Assembly: GCA_039096225.1 (NCBI GenBank)
Contig: JBBPEB010000015.1
Location: forward strand, 2,108,001-2,172,000
Reading direction: 5' to 3'
Length of the DNA stretch: 64,000 nt
Source: Blastocystis sp. Blastoise
Lineage: Eukaryota > Protista > Bigyra: Opalinata
Notes under the pieces: generated by a model
Told to the model about the DNA's origin: nothing
The model's database searches: none
What the model saw: only the letters and a program-made list of their open reading frames with translations
Program-made: the position numbers and the translations under genes
Shown here: piece by piece, positions 1-15,745 of the stretch
Position numbering within the stretch: position 1 is the first letter of the stretch
Layout of the letters: each line of letters starts with the position of its first letter

Positions 1-744
1 ATAATAATAATAATATATTAAAAAATAATAAATTCAAATACAATAATATTTAATAATAATAATATTATTATTATTAATATTATTATTAATATTAATATAT
101 ATATATATATATATATACTCTACAGGCATCTTGGTTAATACCAACAACTTCTAGTTCAGGTCGAAGAGGAAGCGGAAGAGGATTCTCCGTCGATAAATTA
201 AGATCAGAACTTTCTAGGGTAGGAATAGAAATAATAAGAATATATATAAGAATAATAAGATCAAATCAATAAATAAGAATGAGTATAAATAGTAACAATA
301 GATATTAATACCTTTTGAAATAATTTCTTTAAGTTTATCAAGTTTCTTATTTGCTCTACCACCATCCTCGTTAATACGACGACCATAAGACATAATCTAT
401 ATATATACTATGTTATATGAATAGGATATATAATATTATATATATTATGTTATATAAGTAGGATATACAATATTATATATAATATGTTATATAAGTAGGA
501 TATACAATATTATATATAATATGTTATATGAATAGGATATACAATATTATATATAATATGTTATATGAATAGGATATATAATATTATATATAATATGTTA
601 TATGAATAGGATATACAATATTACATATGTATATATACCTTAGTAAGGAATTCAATTTGTCTACTAGTAGTTTCATAGAGAGTACGACCTATAGCTGTTG
701 TTGACATCATATCACGATATTTAGAGAAAACAAAGGAATAAGCA

Positions 745-784
<40 letters not shown>

Positions 785-1548
785 TGTATATATATATATA
801 TATACCTTGATAAATAGATTCTTGATTTGCACAAGCATATAAATACCAATATAACCAGTTACCAATAGATAATGTATCGGAATCTACAGCACGCTTAATG
901 AGGAAATTTGCAAGTGGACTCTCTAATTGTTCACTATCAACAGTTCCATTTTTGAATTGTTTCTCCCATTTAATAGCGTTTACTAATTGTAACATATATA
1001 GATCTAAATCTTCATCACTTACACTATATATATATAATAATAATAATAATAATATATATATATATCAATAGAATATCAAATAATATATATAAATATATAT
1101 ATACTCTTGTAAGATATTAACAGCATATTGACGTATATATTCATTTTCAAAGTCTTTTGATAATAATATAAGAGCATCTTCGACGTCGATTCGTTCCCAT
1201 CTCTGCATCATCTTCAAAGCCTATATATATATATATATATATAGTATTATATATATATTATTCATGAATTGAATTTTTTATATTAACAATAAAAATTAAA
1301 TATATAGATATATATAGATATATACATCTTCAGCTTCAATACTATTTGTCCAATCAATAGAATATAAGAATTTCACAAGAGCTTGCTTATTATTAATAAG
1401 AGTATATCTATATATAATTATTATTATATATATATTCTATTACATATAATAATATATATATATATATACCTAAATTTATAGAGTAACATTTTATCTTGAT
1501 CGGTCATATCACTCTTCTTCTTAGGCATACTAATCAACTTATCTAATT

Positions 1549-1589
<41 letters not shown>

Positions 1590-3349
1590 TCTCTTTTCAT
1601 CAACATTAGGTTTAATATTAATATCCATTGTATGAAGCATAGATTTCTCTAATTTAGCATATTTATTACTAACTGGATTATCTCTTCCAATTTCATTATC
1701 ATATATAACAGGCATAGCTATATATATGGACATATATATTATAATAATATATATATATAATATGATTCTAATCATAATATATAAATATACATAAATATAT
1801 AATAATAATATATCAATATATACGAATTTTCCAATCAGCAAATTTTGGATCATTATCTTTTCCAGTTAAATTTTCTTTTGATATATTAGTTTGGATTCCC
1901 GCGGGATTCGGAGATTGTTGAGGTGTTAATTGAGGAGAAGGAGAAGAAAAAATAGTTTTTTCATTTGTAAATTTAGGATATTCACGACTTATTATATGTT
2001 CATTGATATTTATATATCGTTTTAATTCAGTCATTTTCTCCGTTAATTCAGACCATCCCTCACCAATATCACGAACAATATAATTAGAAGGATATCTATA
2101 TATAAATGAAATATATAATAGAATAAATAATAATAATAAATAAATAATAATATATATAAGAAATGAATACTTTTAATAATAATAAATAAAAATATAGATA
2201 ATAATAACTATTTACCTTTCTTCATTATAAACAACTGTACAATTAAAAATAGCAAAACGAACTCTCATATATATATAACGATCATCCATCATTTGGAATT
2301 GCGAGTTTCCCGCGGGGATATATGTACTATCAAGAGAAGGAATATCAGTTTTGGATTCTGTATATTGTAAAAGATTATGTTTATATTCTTCATTACTATC
2401 CTGGTCAAATATTATACTATCAATCTATATATATATATAATATATATATAGTACTTGAAATAAGATTATATAATAGATTATATAATATATATATAATATA
2501 TATAATATATATATATTACTTGTTTTGAAGTCATATCATCAAACCATTTATTACGATTCTTTAAACTAATTTTACTATCTATATAATTATAATTATAATA
2601 ATAAATATAAATAGAATAATAAGAAATATAAATAAAATAAAATAAATATAATAATAACATACCAGAAACACTTTCTAAGAAAACTCCTTCATCGAATCCT
2701 GATTTACCGCAATCATTTGGAATTAATTCTGGTTCACCTATAAAATTTAAATATTTAATATATAATTTCTTTATAAAGAAATTAAATATTTAAAAAAAAT
2801 ATTAAAAAAAAATTAAATATAAAACAATACTTTTATTATTAAAACGATAAAAACGAATCTTATGAAGTCCTTGACGAAGAGTATGATCGTCATCAAAGAT
2901 TTGATAACTGGAAATAATAATTGGAGTAAATGAATAATCAAGAACAGTTAGAATCTATAATGAAAATGATTTTATATGACAAAATAAGTATTTACGACTC
3001 GACTATTTAATCTCAAATCAGAAAAGTATACAGGAAAAGTCATCCATTTATTACCTTCAATACTATCATCTCTTGATCGCTTTAACGACGAACTGTATAT
3101 TTATTATTAATTCTTACAAAATTAATAATATATATACTAGACATAAGAATTATGAAGAGGATAATTTCCATTATACAGTTTTGCTAAAACAAAAAAATCA
3201 TTATTACTATCTCCAGACACAGGAAGATCCAAAGAAGAGATATAAAGCTATATCAAATAAGAGAAATATTGAAAAGTACATCGAAATACCTTGAAAGGAA
3301 GTTTAATATCTCTAGATTTTGCGTATTCAATCTTTATTTGTGAATCCAT
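1..3349 (-). CDS. VPS34: Class III phosphatidylinositol 3-kinase Vps34, multi-exon; 3' part runs off the window start
   Basis: Spliced by hand from ATG 3349: MDSQIKIEYAKSRDIKLPFK, C2-domain segments KWMTFPVYFSDLRLNSRV and IFDDDHTLRQGLHKIRFY, NPVSNKYAKL, helical-domain LQLVNAIKWE, then NPLPLPLRPELEVVGI. All follow the Vps34 motif order. The kinase domain lies outside the window. Confidence 0.9.
410..625. repeat. 37-bp minisatellite, about 6 copies, inside a Vps34 intron
   Basis: GGATAT recurs at 424, 461, 498, 535, 572 and 609. Unit is approximately tatgttatat(g/a)a(a/g)taggatata(c/t)aatattatatataa. Confidence 0.9.
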
Positions 3350-3855
3350 TAAATGTTTAGTTTTCAAGAATACAAATAGAGTAAAATCAAGATGATTATT
3401 GACTTTATGTAATTTCTTTAAAAAATATCTTTTCTCATCATATCATATTAGCCGATTGTCCCGCGGGATTTAATGATTTTCTGCAACAATTCATTATTAG
3501 AAATGTTTTTATATCATTTCCTTAATTTATGTAAGTGTATTTGAATGATCTAAATATTCACCTAATGAATGAATGATTATGGTGATTGAAGAGAGATAAT
3601 AAAATTTAAATAGGTTTATACAATTTTGATTCTTCGTCAATTATACAAAAAAATATTTTTCTGTGTAGAGAATGAACTTGAGAACATTAGATAATGAATA
3701 AGTTTTTTTTTAAATAATTTTGCAAACATTTCGGTCGGATAATCAAGATAAATCTTTTTTTTATTACTAACACATATACCTAAGTTATAATAAACGTTTT
3801 TGTTTTTAAAAATATCCTATAAGTATTTATTATTAAAAAAATATATAATCAAAGC

Positions 3856-4908
3856 ATGTTTACTAGAAGATTCTTGTCAACGATGAAAAGAGATATTGCT
3901 ATTTTATGGGATTTAGATGGAACTCTTATGGATACCGAAACTATAGGTGTAGATATCACAAAGAAGATCCTTGAGCAACTAAGACCTGGTGCTTCTGTCA
4001 TGGAAGAATCCTTTGTTATGAGCTTTTTAAGTATTCCTGCTCCTCGTCGATTCGAAATCATCAGTAAACATCAGCAAGTTGAGGACCTTATTACTCCTGA
4101 AGACTTTTCTAATCGTTATTTAGACATGATGATTCCCGCTTCAGCTACGGCTCCTCTTCTTCCAGGATCTATGAGAATCCTCAAATACTTTCATGATAAT
4201 AAAATTAAACAAGCCGTAGCTACTTCATCAAGAAGAGTTCTGCTCGAAATTAAACAACAAAATAATCCAGTATATTTTTTATCCTATTTTATTATTTATT
4301 TATGAGATTTTAAATATATTATGTTATTATAAATTTATTTAGGATTTATTTCAATATTTTGATGCTGTTATTTCAGGTCATGATAAAGAAATTCAACATC
4401 GTATATATATAAGTTTTTAAATGATATATTATTATTATTTATATATATTTATAAGTTTTTAAATTATATATATTTATATTATTTTATTTTTTAATATGAT
4501 TATAAATATATATAATTATAAATATATAGCAAAGCCATCTCCTGATATATTTCTACATACAGCTTCAGTATTACAAGTAGATCCTAAGAATTGTATAGTT
4601 TTTGAAGATTCTATAAATGGAATTAAAGCGGGTCTTGCTGCTGGTATATATATAATGATTATATATATCGTTTGTTTATAATATATTATTATATATTACA
4701 TTTTTTATCATATCATATTTTAGTATAGTATATAATTTATAGTATATATTACCAATTTAATTAATTATTTTTATCTTAAATAATAGGAATGAAAGTAGTA
4801 GCAATACCCAGTAAGCCGATTCCAAAAGAAAACCTTAAAGGTTGTTGTCAAGTATTAAATACATTAAATGACTTTGATGGAACTATGTTTGATCTTCCTC
4901 CTATGTAA
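3856..4908 (+). CDS. HAD-superfamily phosphatase (HDHD1/pseudouridine-5'-phosphatase/CbbY-like), possible mitochondrial presequence
   Basis: Motif I WDLDGTLMDTE, motif II VATSS, KPSPDIF, motif IV FEDSINGIKAGLAAGM. Four exons, stop TAA at 4906-4908. N-terminus MFTRRFLSTMKR. Confidence 0.88.
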
Positions 4909-5467
4909 TGTACAATTCTTTAATCATCAAATATAAGCATTCCAAAGAAAACACACATAATTCTGTCTTTTTTTGATAGTTTGATATTTTTTAAACCTAA
5001 AACAGAATCATCGTTGTGATAATCTGATCTTTCTTTGCTGATATCAACTACATATAAAAAGATGAACACAACGACTTATTTTCAAACTAATGAACGAGTA
5101 TATTTAAATTTCTATTCTTCTCTTAACTCTATGCACAACTGTATCTTCATAAACTACTCTAAACCGTAGGACTATTCAACTCATATATTAACTCATGAAA
5201 CAAATAAATAAAATGAAATCTATAAATGACCAAAACAATGAAAACTTCTGTTCTTCAAAAAAGATTATTGAAACAACTCTTTTTTTTTTGAGCCAATCAA
5301 TCTTATCAATCTCAAAATGAACAAATAAGATCACTGAATTCTCGAATTTTAACTACTTTTTATTGGATATTTTCTCCCCTAAGAAAGAGACGGTTTTATT
5401 GACTTCATTATTATTATTCCTATTTTTTAATTATAAAAATAAAATTTAAAAATTAAACTCAAATATC

Positions 5468-6574
5468 ATGAATTATCTTATTAATGTATGTTTTTATGGA
5501 TTGATATATCAGTTCTAGCGTATATAGATTGAAAATACTGTTGGTGAACCTTCTGTCAACGAATTAGGTGGTAAGGGTGCTTCACTAGTGAAGTTAGCAC
5601 AAGGAGGTTTTCCTGTACCAGAAGGATTTATAATCACAACAGATGGTTATCGTGCTTTCGTGAATAAGCTACATTTAAATGAAAAGTATGCTACTCTTCA
5701 TGAGAAAGTTGATTTCACTCTTGAGGATGCAGAGTCAATAAGTAATGAGATTAAAGATTTATTCTCTATAAGTCCTTTTCCTGAGGAATATGCCAATGAA
5801 ATGCAAGAATTTATTCAGAAATTAAGAGATAATGCTCTTTTTGATATCAACCTTGTAGCTATTCGTTCTTCTGCGACAACAGAAGATTTAGGTGATGCTT
5901 CTTTTGCTGGTATGCATGATACAATATTGAATGTGCCTATAAATAAAGAAGATATTGAGAAAGCTGTCATACAATGTTGGGCGTCTCTTTATACTCCTCG
6001 AGCTATTTTATATCGATATGAAAAGAAATTTCCTATAATAGATACTTCAATAGCAGTCGTAGTTCAGAGAATGATTCCTTCTGAGAAATCAGGAGTTATC
6101 TTTTCTTGTGATCCTCAAACGAGTTCTCGAGAACATATTTCTTTAGATGGAGTAATAGGATTAGGAGAAGCCTTAGTAAGTGGAATGGTAAGTACAGATC
6201 ATTGGTCTATACGTAAACATTATCCTGTTGCTAAAGATACAACAGAATTGAGAATTGTTGAGAGTACAATAAATACACAAGAATTTGCATTATTTACAAA
6301 GAAGGAAGGAGGTACTGAAAAGAGGGAATTGGGTGAAGAAGGAAAGAAAGCTTGTTTCACTGAAGAAGAAGTATGTTTATTTTATTATATGATTCTGGCA
6401 TTATTATTATACTATTCTTTATATAGATATATAAAATAAGTCAGTATGCTGTAGATATAGAAAAATATTATCAAAAACCTATGGATATGGAATTTTGTAT
6501 CTATAAAGATAAGATGTATATTGTTCAAGCAAGACCTATTACTACACTTATTGAATTACCTCCAGGTAATTTTA

Positions 6575-6608
<34 letters not shown>

Positions 6609-6998
6609 TTTATTTTATATTTTTATTTTTATTTAATAGACTATTTATGATTCATAACATATATATAAATACTTTAATATCATTAATAAATATATAAATT
6701 CTATTAATATCCTATTATTCTTATTATTATAGAGATGGATCCGTTAAGTCCTTTATTTGATTCTAAATTCAGATGTTGTGCTAGTTTTAATTATATTCAA
6801 ATGCTTGTAGATCCTATTGATTATTTAAGTTTTTCTTTAAATAATCATTCAGATGTGAATAGTTATTATTATAATAAATATATTGGTGGATACCCATATA
6901 CAGATATGTCACCTTTATTAAAGAGTTCTTCATGGAGAAATGGAATGATAGCTACTTATCAAAATATGTTCGATAAAGAAATAGGAAATGTATATAGA

Positions 6999-7029
<31 letters not shown>

Positions 7030-7049
7030 TTATATTATTATATATTATA

Positions 7050-7089
<40 letters not shown>

Positions 7090-7781
7090 TATTATTATTA
7101 TTATTAAACTATTAGTTATACTTTTCTTTTGACAATCATTTCTATTCTTATCTTAGTTTATCTATTTATATATTCTATGTAGTCAATTCAAGAATGGTAT
7201 ACAAGTGATTTTGCATATTATGAAGATACTGTATCTAATGTTGCTTTCAATGCATATATGAAAACTATATACCCTGATTTCTTTAAAATACTCTTTAAAT
7301 ATTACCTATTTGGTTATAATGGTGATAAAATAGAAAAAGAAGCTTTTGATCGTTTCAATCAAGTGATGAATATGTTTAATGACTATATAGATCGTGAAGA
7401 AAAAGGAGAAAAACCATTAACTTTAAAAGAAATCTATGATATTCCTTTTAATTCTATTTACATTCTTCACAATTTAGCTCCTTTCTTTATGATCTTTTCT
7501 TTATGTGAAAATAAGGTTAAGAACATATTAACAAAGAATAAAATGGATATATCTTTAGAAGAGAAGATGTGTGGAGGAAGAAAAGAAAATCTTGCTAGTC
7601 AAATGGATTATCAAATATCTCAATTACATTTATTAATGCTTCGATGTAATGAAGATGATAAGAAGTTTATCGAACATATTCAAGTATATATATGATTATT
7701 ATTATTATATTTATTTTTATTATTATTATTATTATTATTGTATTTGTTTTTATTATTATTTTATTAATATTATTATTATTA

Positions 7782-7821
<40 letters not shown>

Positions 7822-8302
7822 GAATTTATTTGTTGAAGATGATATGGATGAAGATGAAGGTGAATTGAAATCTTATATAGCATCATTAAAAGAAAGTACA
7901 TATAAAAGTCATCAAGACTTTTATACTCAATATATGGCATTCATGAAAGTATTTGGAAGAAGAGGACCAGGTGAAATTGCTATTATTAAACCAAGGTATT
8001 TTTATTATATAATTATTTATATAATTCTAATAATATTTTTTTAAATATTAAAATCAAATACCTATATTATTATTATATATTCATTAATGTTATTTTATAT
8101 TTCTATTTATATATATTATAGATATGAAAATAAGCCATCAATTCTTCTGAAGACAGTATTAAATACCTCTTTTGAAGGTGTAGAACATCGATCTCCAGAA
8201 GCTCTAGAACAAGAAGCAGATCGTGTTGTTGAAGAAGTATATATAATTAGTTATTTATTATTATTATTATTATTATTATATTTAATATTATATTTAATAT
8301 TA

Positions 8303-8347
<45 letters not shown>

Positions 8348-9152
8348 TTAATATTATATTTATTATTATTTTATTATCTTATTATTATTATTAATATACT
8401 TATAAGACATAACAATATAGGTATGTTCTAAGTTATCCCGTCGTGATACTTCTAATCTTCGTTATTACTTAAAGCCTGCTCGTTTAAGTTTTACTTTTAG
8501 AGAACATAATAAATACTTTACAATTTCTCATTATTACTTATATAGACGTAAAGTCTTAGAATATGCTAAAGATTTGAAAGAAAAGAATTTAATAAAGGAT
8601 ATACATGATATCTTTCATTTCTCAATAGAAGAATTATTACAAATAGATGAGGGTACTATCGATTATACTACTGTTATTCCTGCTATTTATAAGAGAAAAG
8701 CTATTTATGAAAAAGGCTTTATTACTCCTCCTCCTCGTCTTATTGTTTCTCCTTATGCTGCTTTTGTTAATGTATCTGAACAAACAAAACAAGAATTATT
8801 AAATCTACCTGAAAATATCTTAAAAGGAATGCCTACTTCTGCAGGTATAGTTGAAGGAAGAGCTGTAGTTGTAACTGATCCTCGTGAAGGTCATTTACAA
8901 AAAGGTGATATATTAGTAGCTCAAGCTACAGATCCTGGTTGGACTCCTTTATTTGTTCCTTCTGCTGCTGTTGTGATTGCTATAGGTGGTCCTCTTACTC
9001 ATGGATCTATTGTAGCTAGAGAAATGGGTATTCCTTGTGTTGTTAATGTACAGAATCTTATGGAAAAAGTCAAAACTGGTATGAGAATTAAAGTCGATGG
9101 AAGCAAGGGTACTGTTGAAATACTTGATGAATCAGTACCTACAAATGAATAA
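5468..9152 (+). CDS. PEP-utilising phosphotransferase with rifampicin phosphotransferase (Rph)-like architecture: ATP-grasp, central substrate domain, C-terminal swivel His domain; 8 exons
   Basis: GGKGASL, VPEGFIITT, AIRSSATTEDLGDASFAGMHDT, GLGEALVSG, PMDMEF..IVQARPITT, FGRRGPGEI, TDPGWTPLF..GGPLTHGSIVAREMGIP. The His domain is at the C-terminus, unlike canonical PPDK/PEP synthase. Confidence 0.85.
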
Positions 9153-9814
9153 TTTCTATGTATTAACATAATAATATGTTTAATAAGTTTATGTATTCTT
9201 TTTTTGCTTGCAAAATATAGCATGTACTATATATATTGTTCCTTTTTATTTGTTTTTTTTTCTTTTGTTAACCATTAGTTGTTTTTTATTATTTTTAATG
9301 TTTGTTTTTTATTATTTTTTTGTTTGATCACTCTAAATACATTGAAGAGTGTCTTTGATACATTTCACAAAAACGTATTTTTCGTTTTATACACGTATTA
9401 ACGTTTTATAAACACAATTTTCGAGAATGATAATTAATTATAGTAAGATTGCTGAATCTGTTTCGAAATAAGCACATGCTAAAAATAAATGTATTAATTC
9501 AGATATACATTGCAAATAAATATCAAATAGTTGTGATTGACTCATATGATTACCTATTGAATAAGCAGATTTTCAATCATATGATAATAATAGAGCTCTC
9601 CTTAGCAGCATATACACTAAGGATCATGAAAACAATAAATTAGAGAAATCAATCTACACATCAGTACTGAAAAAACATATTTCATAATCATAATAGCGTT
9701 TAAAATATGTGTGTTCAATAAACTATCCATAAACTGACTATAAATTCGTTTCTCTTTTATGTAGAAAGTTCTTTATCAGAAAATATCTTTTGAGATTATC
9801 ATTACTCTGTTGTT

Positions 9815-11360
9815 ATGGAGGAAATACAAGAAATACATTATGCTCCTCTTGTTTTGTCTGATGACGATGATGATTCAGATAATTTAAGCAATGATATTAA
9901 TACAAATTCTTCATCACTTGAACAATTGGAAAAAATAACTAAAGATTACGAATTGCAATTAAGTGTATATATGTATGTATCATGATTTTACTATGAGATT
10001 TCTTAGCAAGATCCATCAAACCAAAGAAAGCAGCAGATTGTCGTATATTTTTTTATTAATGTTTATATTCACAATGACATAGGATTATTTTCATGGAATA
10101 CTTAAAATTACGTCCCTTGATGACAATAGAGAATTTGATCAACGTCGACAAACGATAGTTGATTTAATTAACGAAAAATTATCTTGTCCTATTTGCATGA
10201 CAGAAGTATATTTTCTGTCAATATTATATAGAAAATCGTTTTCGTAACAAATAAATATATGAGTCTTTAGATTACTATAAGTGAACAAATTTATATGTGT
10301 GGTCAATGTCATGGAATCACTCACTTGGAATGTTCTATTGCAGCCGCTAGTCGTCGTTGTATATTTATACATACATATATGTAATTATTTTATAACATAT
10401 CTTATTTATCTTTATTATTGCAACTTTTATAGTCTCAGTTATAATTTAGTTTATATATGGTTATATATTTATTTTATTTATTATTGAACATTTCTTTATG
10501 ACTATTATTTAGTAATATATGTTACTAATGGTTATTTATATAATACAAATCATTTTTTCATCAATATTCTTATTTTTTTTATCATTTCTTGATATTTTCA
10601 TTCTATAATATGTATATATATAGATAAGTGTCCATTATGTAATTTGCGATTAACTCACGATCCAAAAGAAGCGAGTGGGTGTTTTTGTGGAGAAACACCA
10701 GACTTTGTGTCTAGTCTTGAATATCCACATACATGCTTAAAACCATGTCGTATATATATATATATAGTTATTATTTTATTAGTATCATTATAAGTATTCA
10801 TATATATATATATAGTTATTATTTTATTATTATTTGTTATAAGTATTCATATATATATATAGCAAAGAGACTACCTTGTGGTCATTATTGTCATTTATTA
10901 TGTCATCCAGGAAACTGTCCTCCGTGTAAACTAACGATGTTTATGCCTTGTTTATGTGGTAAAACGAAGTATATATATAGATATATATAATGAATTTTGT
11001 GTTTTACAATTTGTATATATATATAGAATAAATGTACCTTGTCAAAGTGATATGACAAAATGTAAAGAACTAGTTTCAAGTATGTGCAAAGAACCTATTC
11101 GAATTCTATGTAACTGTCAACGAATGATGTATATATTAATATATAAATATATATATCGAGAGAAAAAATATATATTACTGTTTAAGTTATAGTTCTAATA
11201 TTATAACATTTATTATTATTATTGTGATTTATTATTATTATTCTATATAAAGGGTTGATTCAACATGTAATAAACGTCATGTCTCCTGTAATAACCCTTG
11301 CCATAGTGTTTTACATACAAGTAGGTATAATTAGTAATATATATGAATAGAAGATATTAC

Positions 11361-11456
<96 letters not shown>

Positions 11457-11724
11457 CACATGTATAGTCGTCAATCCTATAACGAATCACGTGGATAGTC
11501 ATATGTGTGAGATGATATGCCACGAAGGTGCATGCCCACCATGTGATCGAATGATTCGTTTCATGTGCCCTTGTGGTCAAACTAAAATGCCCGCCATTCC
11601 TTGTTCCCTGTATCGTTACTGTTATGACCTCTCCGAATTCTATAATGAATCTATATATTTCTATCTTGAACAACAAGGAATACAAGTCACATGTGCTCTT
11701 TACTGTAATAAATTATTACCCTGT

Positions 11725-11809
<85 letters not shown>

Positions 11810-12005
11810 TTATTATTGTTAATATTATTTATAACAATATATTATTTCTTGTTTATTTTATGTTATACACTCTACATTTTATATTCCCAAGGAAATCACC
11901 TATGTGAAAGTCCATGTCATTACGGACCATGTACACCCTGCTGGAAGTCCAAAAAATTGGTATCTACTGTTATTTATTTATTTATTTATTTATTTATTGA
12001 TTGAT

Positions 12006-12092
<87 letters not shown>

Positions 12093-12793
12093 TTATATTA
12101 TATTATTATTGAAAATTCCATATCTAATAGTTTTATGTATTTTTAATTTTACTAGTATCATTTTTGTGATACATAGTTTGTCATTACTATTCGTATCATT
12201 ATTATCTATTTGATCTGATTTTCTTCTTTTTTTATCCCTCATACTACAATATCCTCCCTTTTCTATTATTTCTCCCCTATCTCTAAAGACCGATCATTGT
12301 GACTGTGGTGCCTGCCTTCTTTCGGCTATTCCCTATAACACCAATCGATGTGTTTCTCAATGGACCACTCAATGTCAATTTACTTGTAATAAAATCATGT
12401 CCTGTGGTCATCCTTGCTCTTATAAATGTCATAAAGTATATTCACTCTATTATTTATTTTTTTATGTTTATCAGTTTTTATAAAGTTTATATTTTTATAT
12501 ATTTTATTTTTTTTTAGATACATTATGTATTATTTTTTTGGGGGGATATCAATATTCATAATTATTCATCACTATTTTATTTACATTCTTTCTCTGCCTT
12601 TCTTTCTCTATCTTTCTCTATTTTTCTTTTCTTTATATATATATATATTAGGGTCCATGTCCAAGTTGTTTTAAAGAGACAGTAATTCAGTGTTCATGCG
12701 GATTATCCTCAATAACTGTTCCCTGTAAGGATGTCAAGTATATATATTTATTCATATATATATATATTTATTTATATATATATATATATATAT

Positions 12794-12828
<35 letters not shown>

Positions 12829-15745
12829 TTTTATAATTCTCTTGTATTCTTATTTCATGTATAGAAAGAATTTGAACTATAAATGTCATACAATCTGTGA
12901 TACTCTTCTTTCCTGTGGTAAACATAAATGTAAAAAACGATGTTGCCCTAATAAAGGAATATTAAATTCTGATAATCCATGTATATACGATTAATATTCT
13001 ATTCTTTATATTTATATATATTATTTATTTATTCAAAATATTTAAAAAATTTACTTTTTAAAGAATTATTATTAGTATGTTACATAAATAAATATATATA
13101 CATATTATCATTATTATCACATTATATATAATTATTATTATACTTATAGATATTCATATATGTCAAGAAAAATGTTCAAAATTATGTTCTTGTTCATTAC
13201 ATCGTTGTTCACAATTGTGTCACTCTGACACGTGCCTAGAATGTACAACAGTATTAACGGACTCCTACAGTTGTCCTTGTTCTTATATACATCTTACATC
13301 TCCCTATATATGTTCTCAATATAAACCTTCTTATAAATATATACATATTTGTATTCGTCCATTTTCATGTGGTCATAATACTATACCTTCTCCTCTTCTT
13401 AATAAATTCAATACCTATATACAAGATCTATGTAATAAGTTTCCTTATATATCTTATTATTTACAAGATCATTTTCAGTTATCTTTTCCTGAAATTCAGC
13501 CACTGTCACATCCGTTTGAAATTGATCAATATAATATCTCTACAAATATATTTGAGAATCATTTAGATTCTTATATAAGTTCTTTGAAAGAAACATATCC
13601 TCAGTATACACTTCATCTTTGTCATCAAGGAAAATGTCCCCCTTGTACAGCAATAGTATCACGATTCTGTAACCGACATAATCAAGAATATAGTGTGACG
13701 TGTTCTGGTATAAATAACGATGTATGTTTTTTATTATTATTATGTTTATGTTTATTATTATTATGTTTATGTTTATTATTATTATGTTTATGTTTATTAT
13801 TATTATGTTTATTATTATTATTAATAAACATAATAAATATAAATATAATACTAGGTATAATAATTAATAATTACTATTTAGGAGGGTTGTCCATTACTAT
13901 GTAACCAGAAGCTTCCTTGTGGCCATACGTGTCAGAGAAGATGCCATGAGGGACCTTGTAATAGTATTCCGTATGAATATAATTCTTTAATCTCTCTTTT
14001 ATCCTAATTATATATTAATATATAGTTGTGAGTCATTATGCTTAAAAGAACGTACCGATTGTCATCATATATGTAAACATAAATGTCATTTTGGACATAA
14101 TTGTGTTGAGTATCCATGTGATGAGTCTATTGATGTCACTTGCTCATGTGGACTGAGAACAGAATCATGTCTATGTTCAAATAAAAATCATGGTATGTAA
14201 TAAATATGCTCATTTTTTTATTCTATTTTCTTACAGATCTAGAATTATATTATTATTTATGTATTATTTATATGACTCTCATAATCTATAGATATATCCT
14301 GTAGTGGTTTTTGCTATATTCATTTATATTATCCATATATATTATTATATACACATGAATATTCTTCTTTAAGTAATAATGTAGGTTTTTCTTTTATATA
14401 ATAATAATAATAATAATATATCTATTTATATAGTATACAAGCAAGTCTCTTATGGATTATTTAGATTTACATAATATGACTCCGATGGTTCTTTATTATT
14501 ATATTATGTTTACTGATTATTTCAGTCAATTGGAACATATGATTTGTAACAATAATAATTGTGTTCTTCAAACACTAGTTCCCCCTTTTATTCCTTATGA
14601 TATTATAATTTCATTTGTGTCTCATTATTCTGTGGGTATTCAATCATTTTCTAAAGAGACTTCGATTCTACTTATTTCAATTTCTAACTTAAAAGCATTG
14701 AAAGAAATGTTTTCATTTGAAGCTCTTATAGCAGACATTCTTCCTCTTATTAATAAACAAAAGCCATTCAAAGAACGTATATTTTTAATATATAAGTTTA
14801 TTATTTATATATTATTTTTTAGACTTTTTTTTTCTTTTTATATTGTTATATATGTATATATTTTGATTTAGAATACACAATAAATGAATATTCCAAAGAT
14901 GTATCCAATATATTATTACTAAATCTCCTTCCTTCTAAAGATATTAATAATCAAACAATTACCGTACCTACAGAAGTATATATAATTCATTATTCTCTTT
15001 TATTACACTAATATTTTTTATCTAAAAGAATATATATATATATATATATTATTGTTTTTTTTTTGTCTAGTTTCATAAATCATTCACTTGTATATTATCC
15101 AAAGAAAGAATGTATAATAATAATAAAAATATTTATAAGATATATATACAAGAATATTCATCAATACCTATTATTATTCGTCAAATTAATAAAATATATG
15201 CAAAACAATTTCTTGTATATATTAATATTTTTATTTTTTATATTTCTATTTTTATTTATGCTTTTCTGTTAATATATTTATTGTTTATATATTCAAATTC
15301 TTTTCTATTTCTCCTTTTTTATTTCTGTTAATATATTTATTGTTTATATTTTAAAATGTTTCTTTATTAACGCAATATATATTATTTATTATTAGATTCT
15401 CTATGCCATGTATATATAATTATATATATATAGTGTATTCCTATATATATATCTCCTTTGTCTTATTCTTCATTATTATCAGCGTCTTCACTATTTATTA
15501 AAGATCATTTCTCATCAGATTCTCTTTGTTCTGTATATCAATCAGTAGCTAACCTTTCTCCTTCTGTTTCACATTTATTAACAAATAATAATCAAGTCAC
15601 TTATAATCAGAATAGTCAGTTAGACTCTCAACTATCACTTTCTGATATTTCAAAAAGCATTGATGAGAATACCACAAAAGAACAAATTCGTAAGAATAGA
15701 CTTGAAAGAAGAAAGAATCGAAAAGAGAAACGAGAACAAACATAA
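9815..15745 (+). CDS. NF-X1/NFXL1-type zinc-finger protein (N-terminal RING/PHD plus many NF-X1 repeats), multi-exon
   Basis: CPICMTE..CGQCHGITHLEC..KCPLC, then repeated CGHxCxxxCHxGxCPPC units (e.g. LPCGHYCHLLCHPGNCPPC, HMCEMICHEGACPPC). Exon boundaries only partly resolved. Confidence 0.85.

Noticed and set aside
410-625. Regular 37-bp periodicity resembling a CRISPR array
   Set aside because: Head-to-tail units without unique spacers, inside a eukaryotic intron, with no cas genes.
11491-12213. ORFs with long IYIY, YLFI, NNN, YYY or LLL tracts here and throughout the window
   Set aside because: They are translations of intronic (TA)n, (TTTA)n and (TAT)n microsatellites, or exon read-through into introns.
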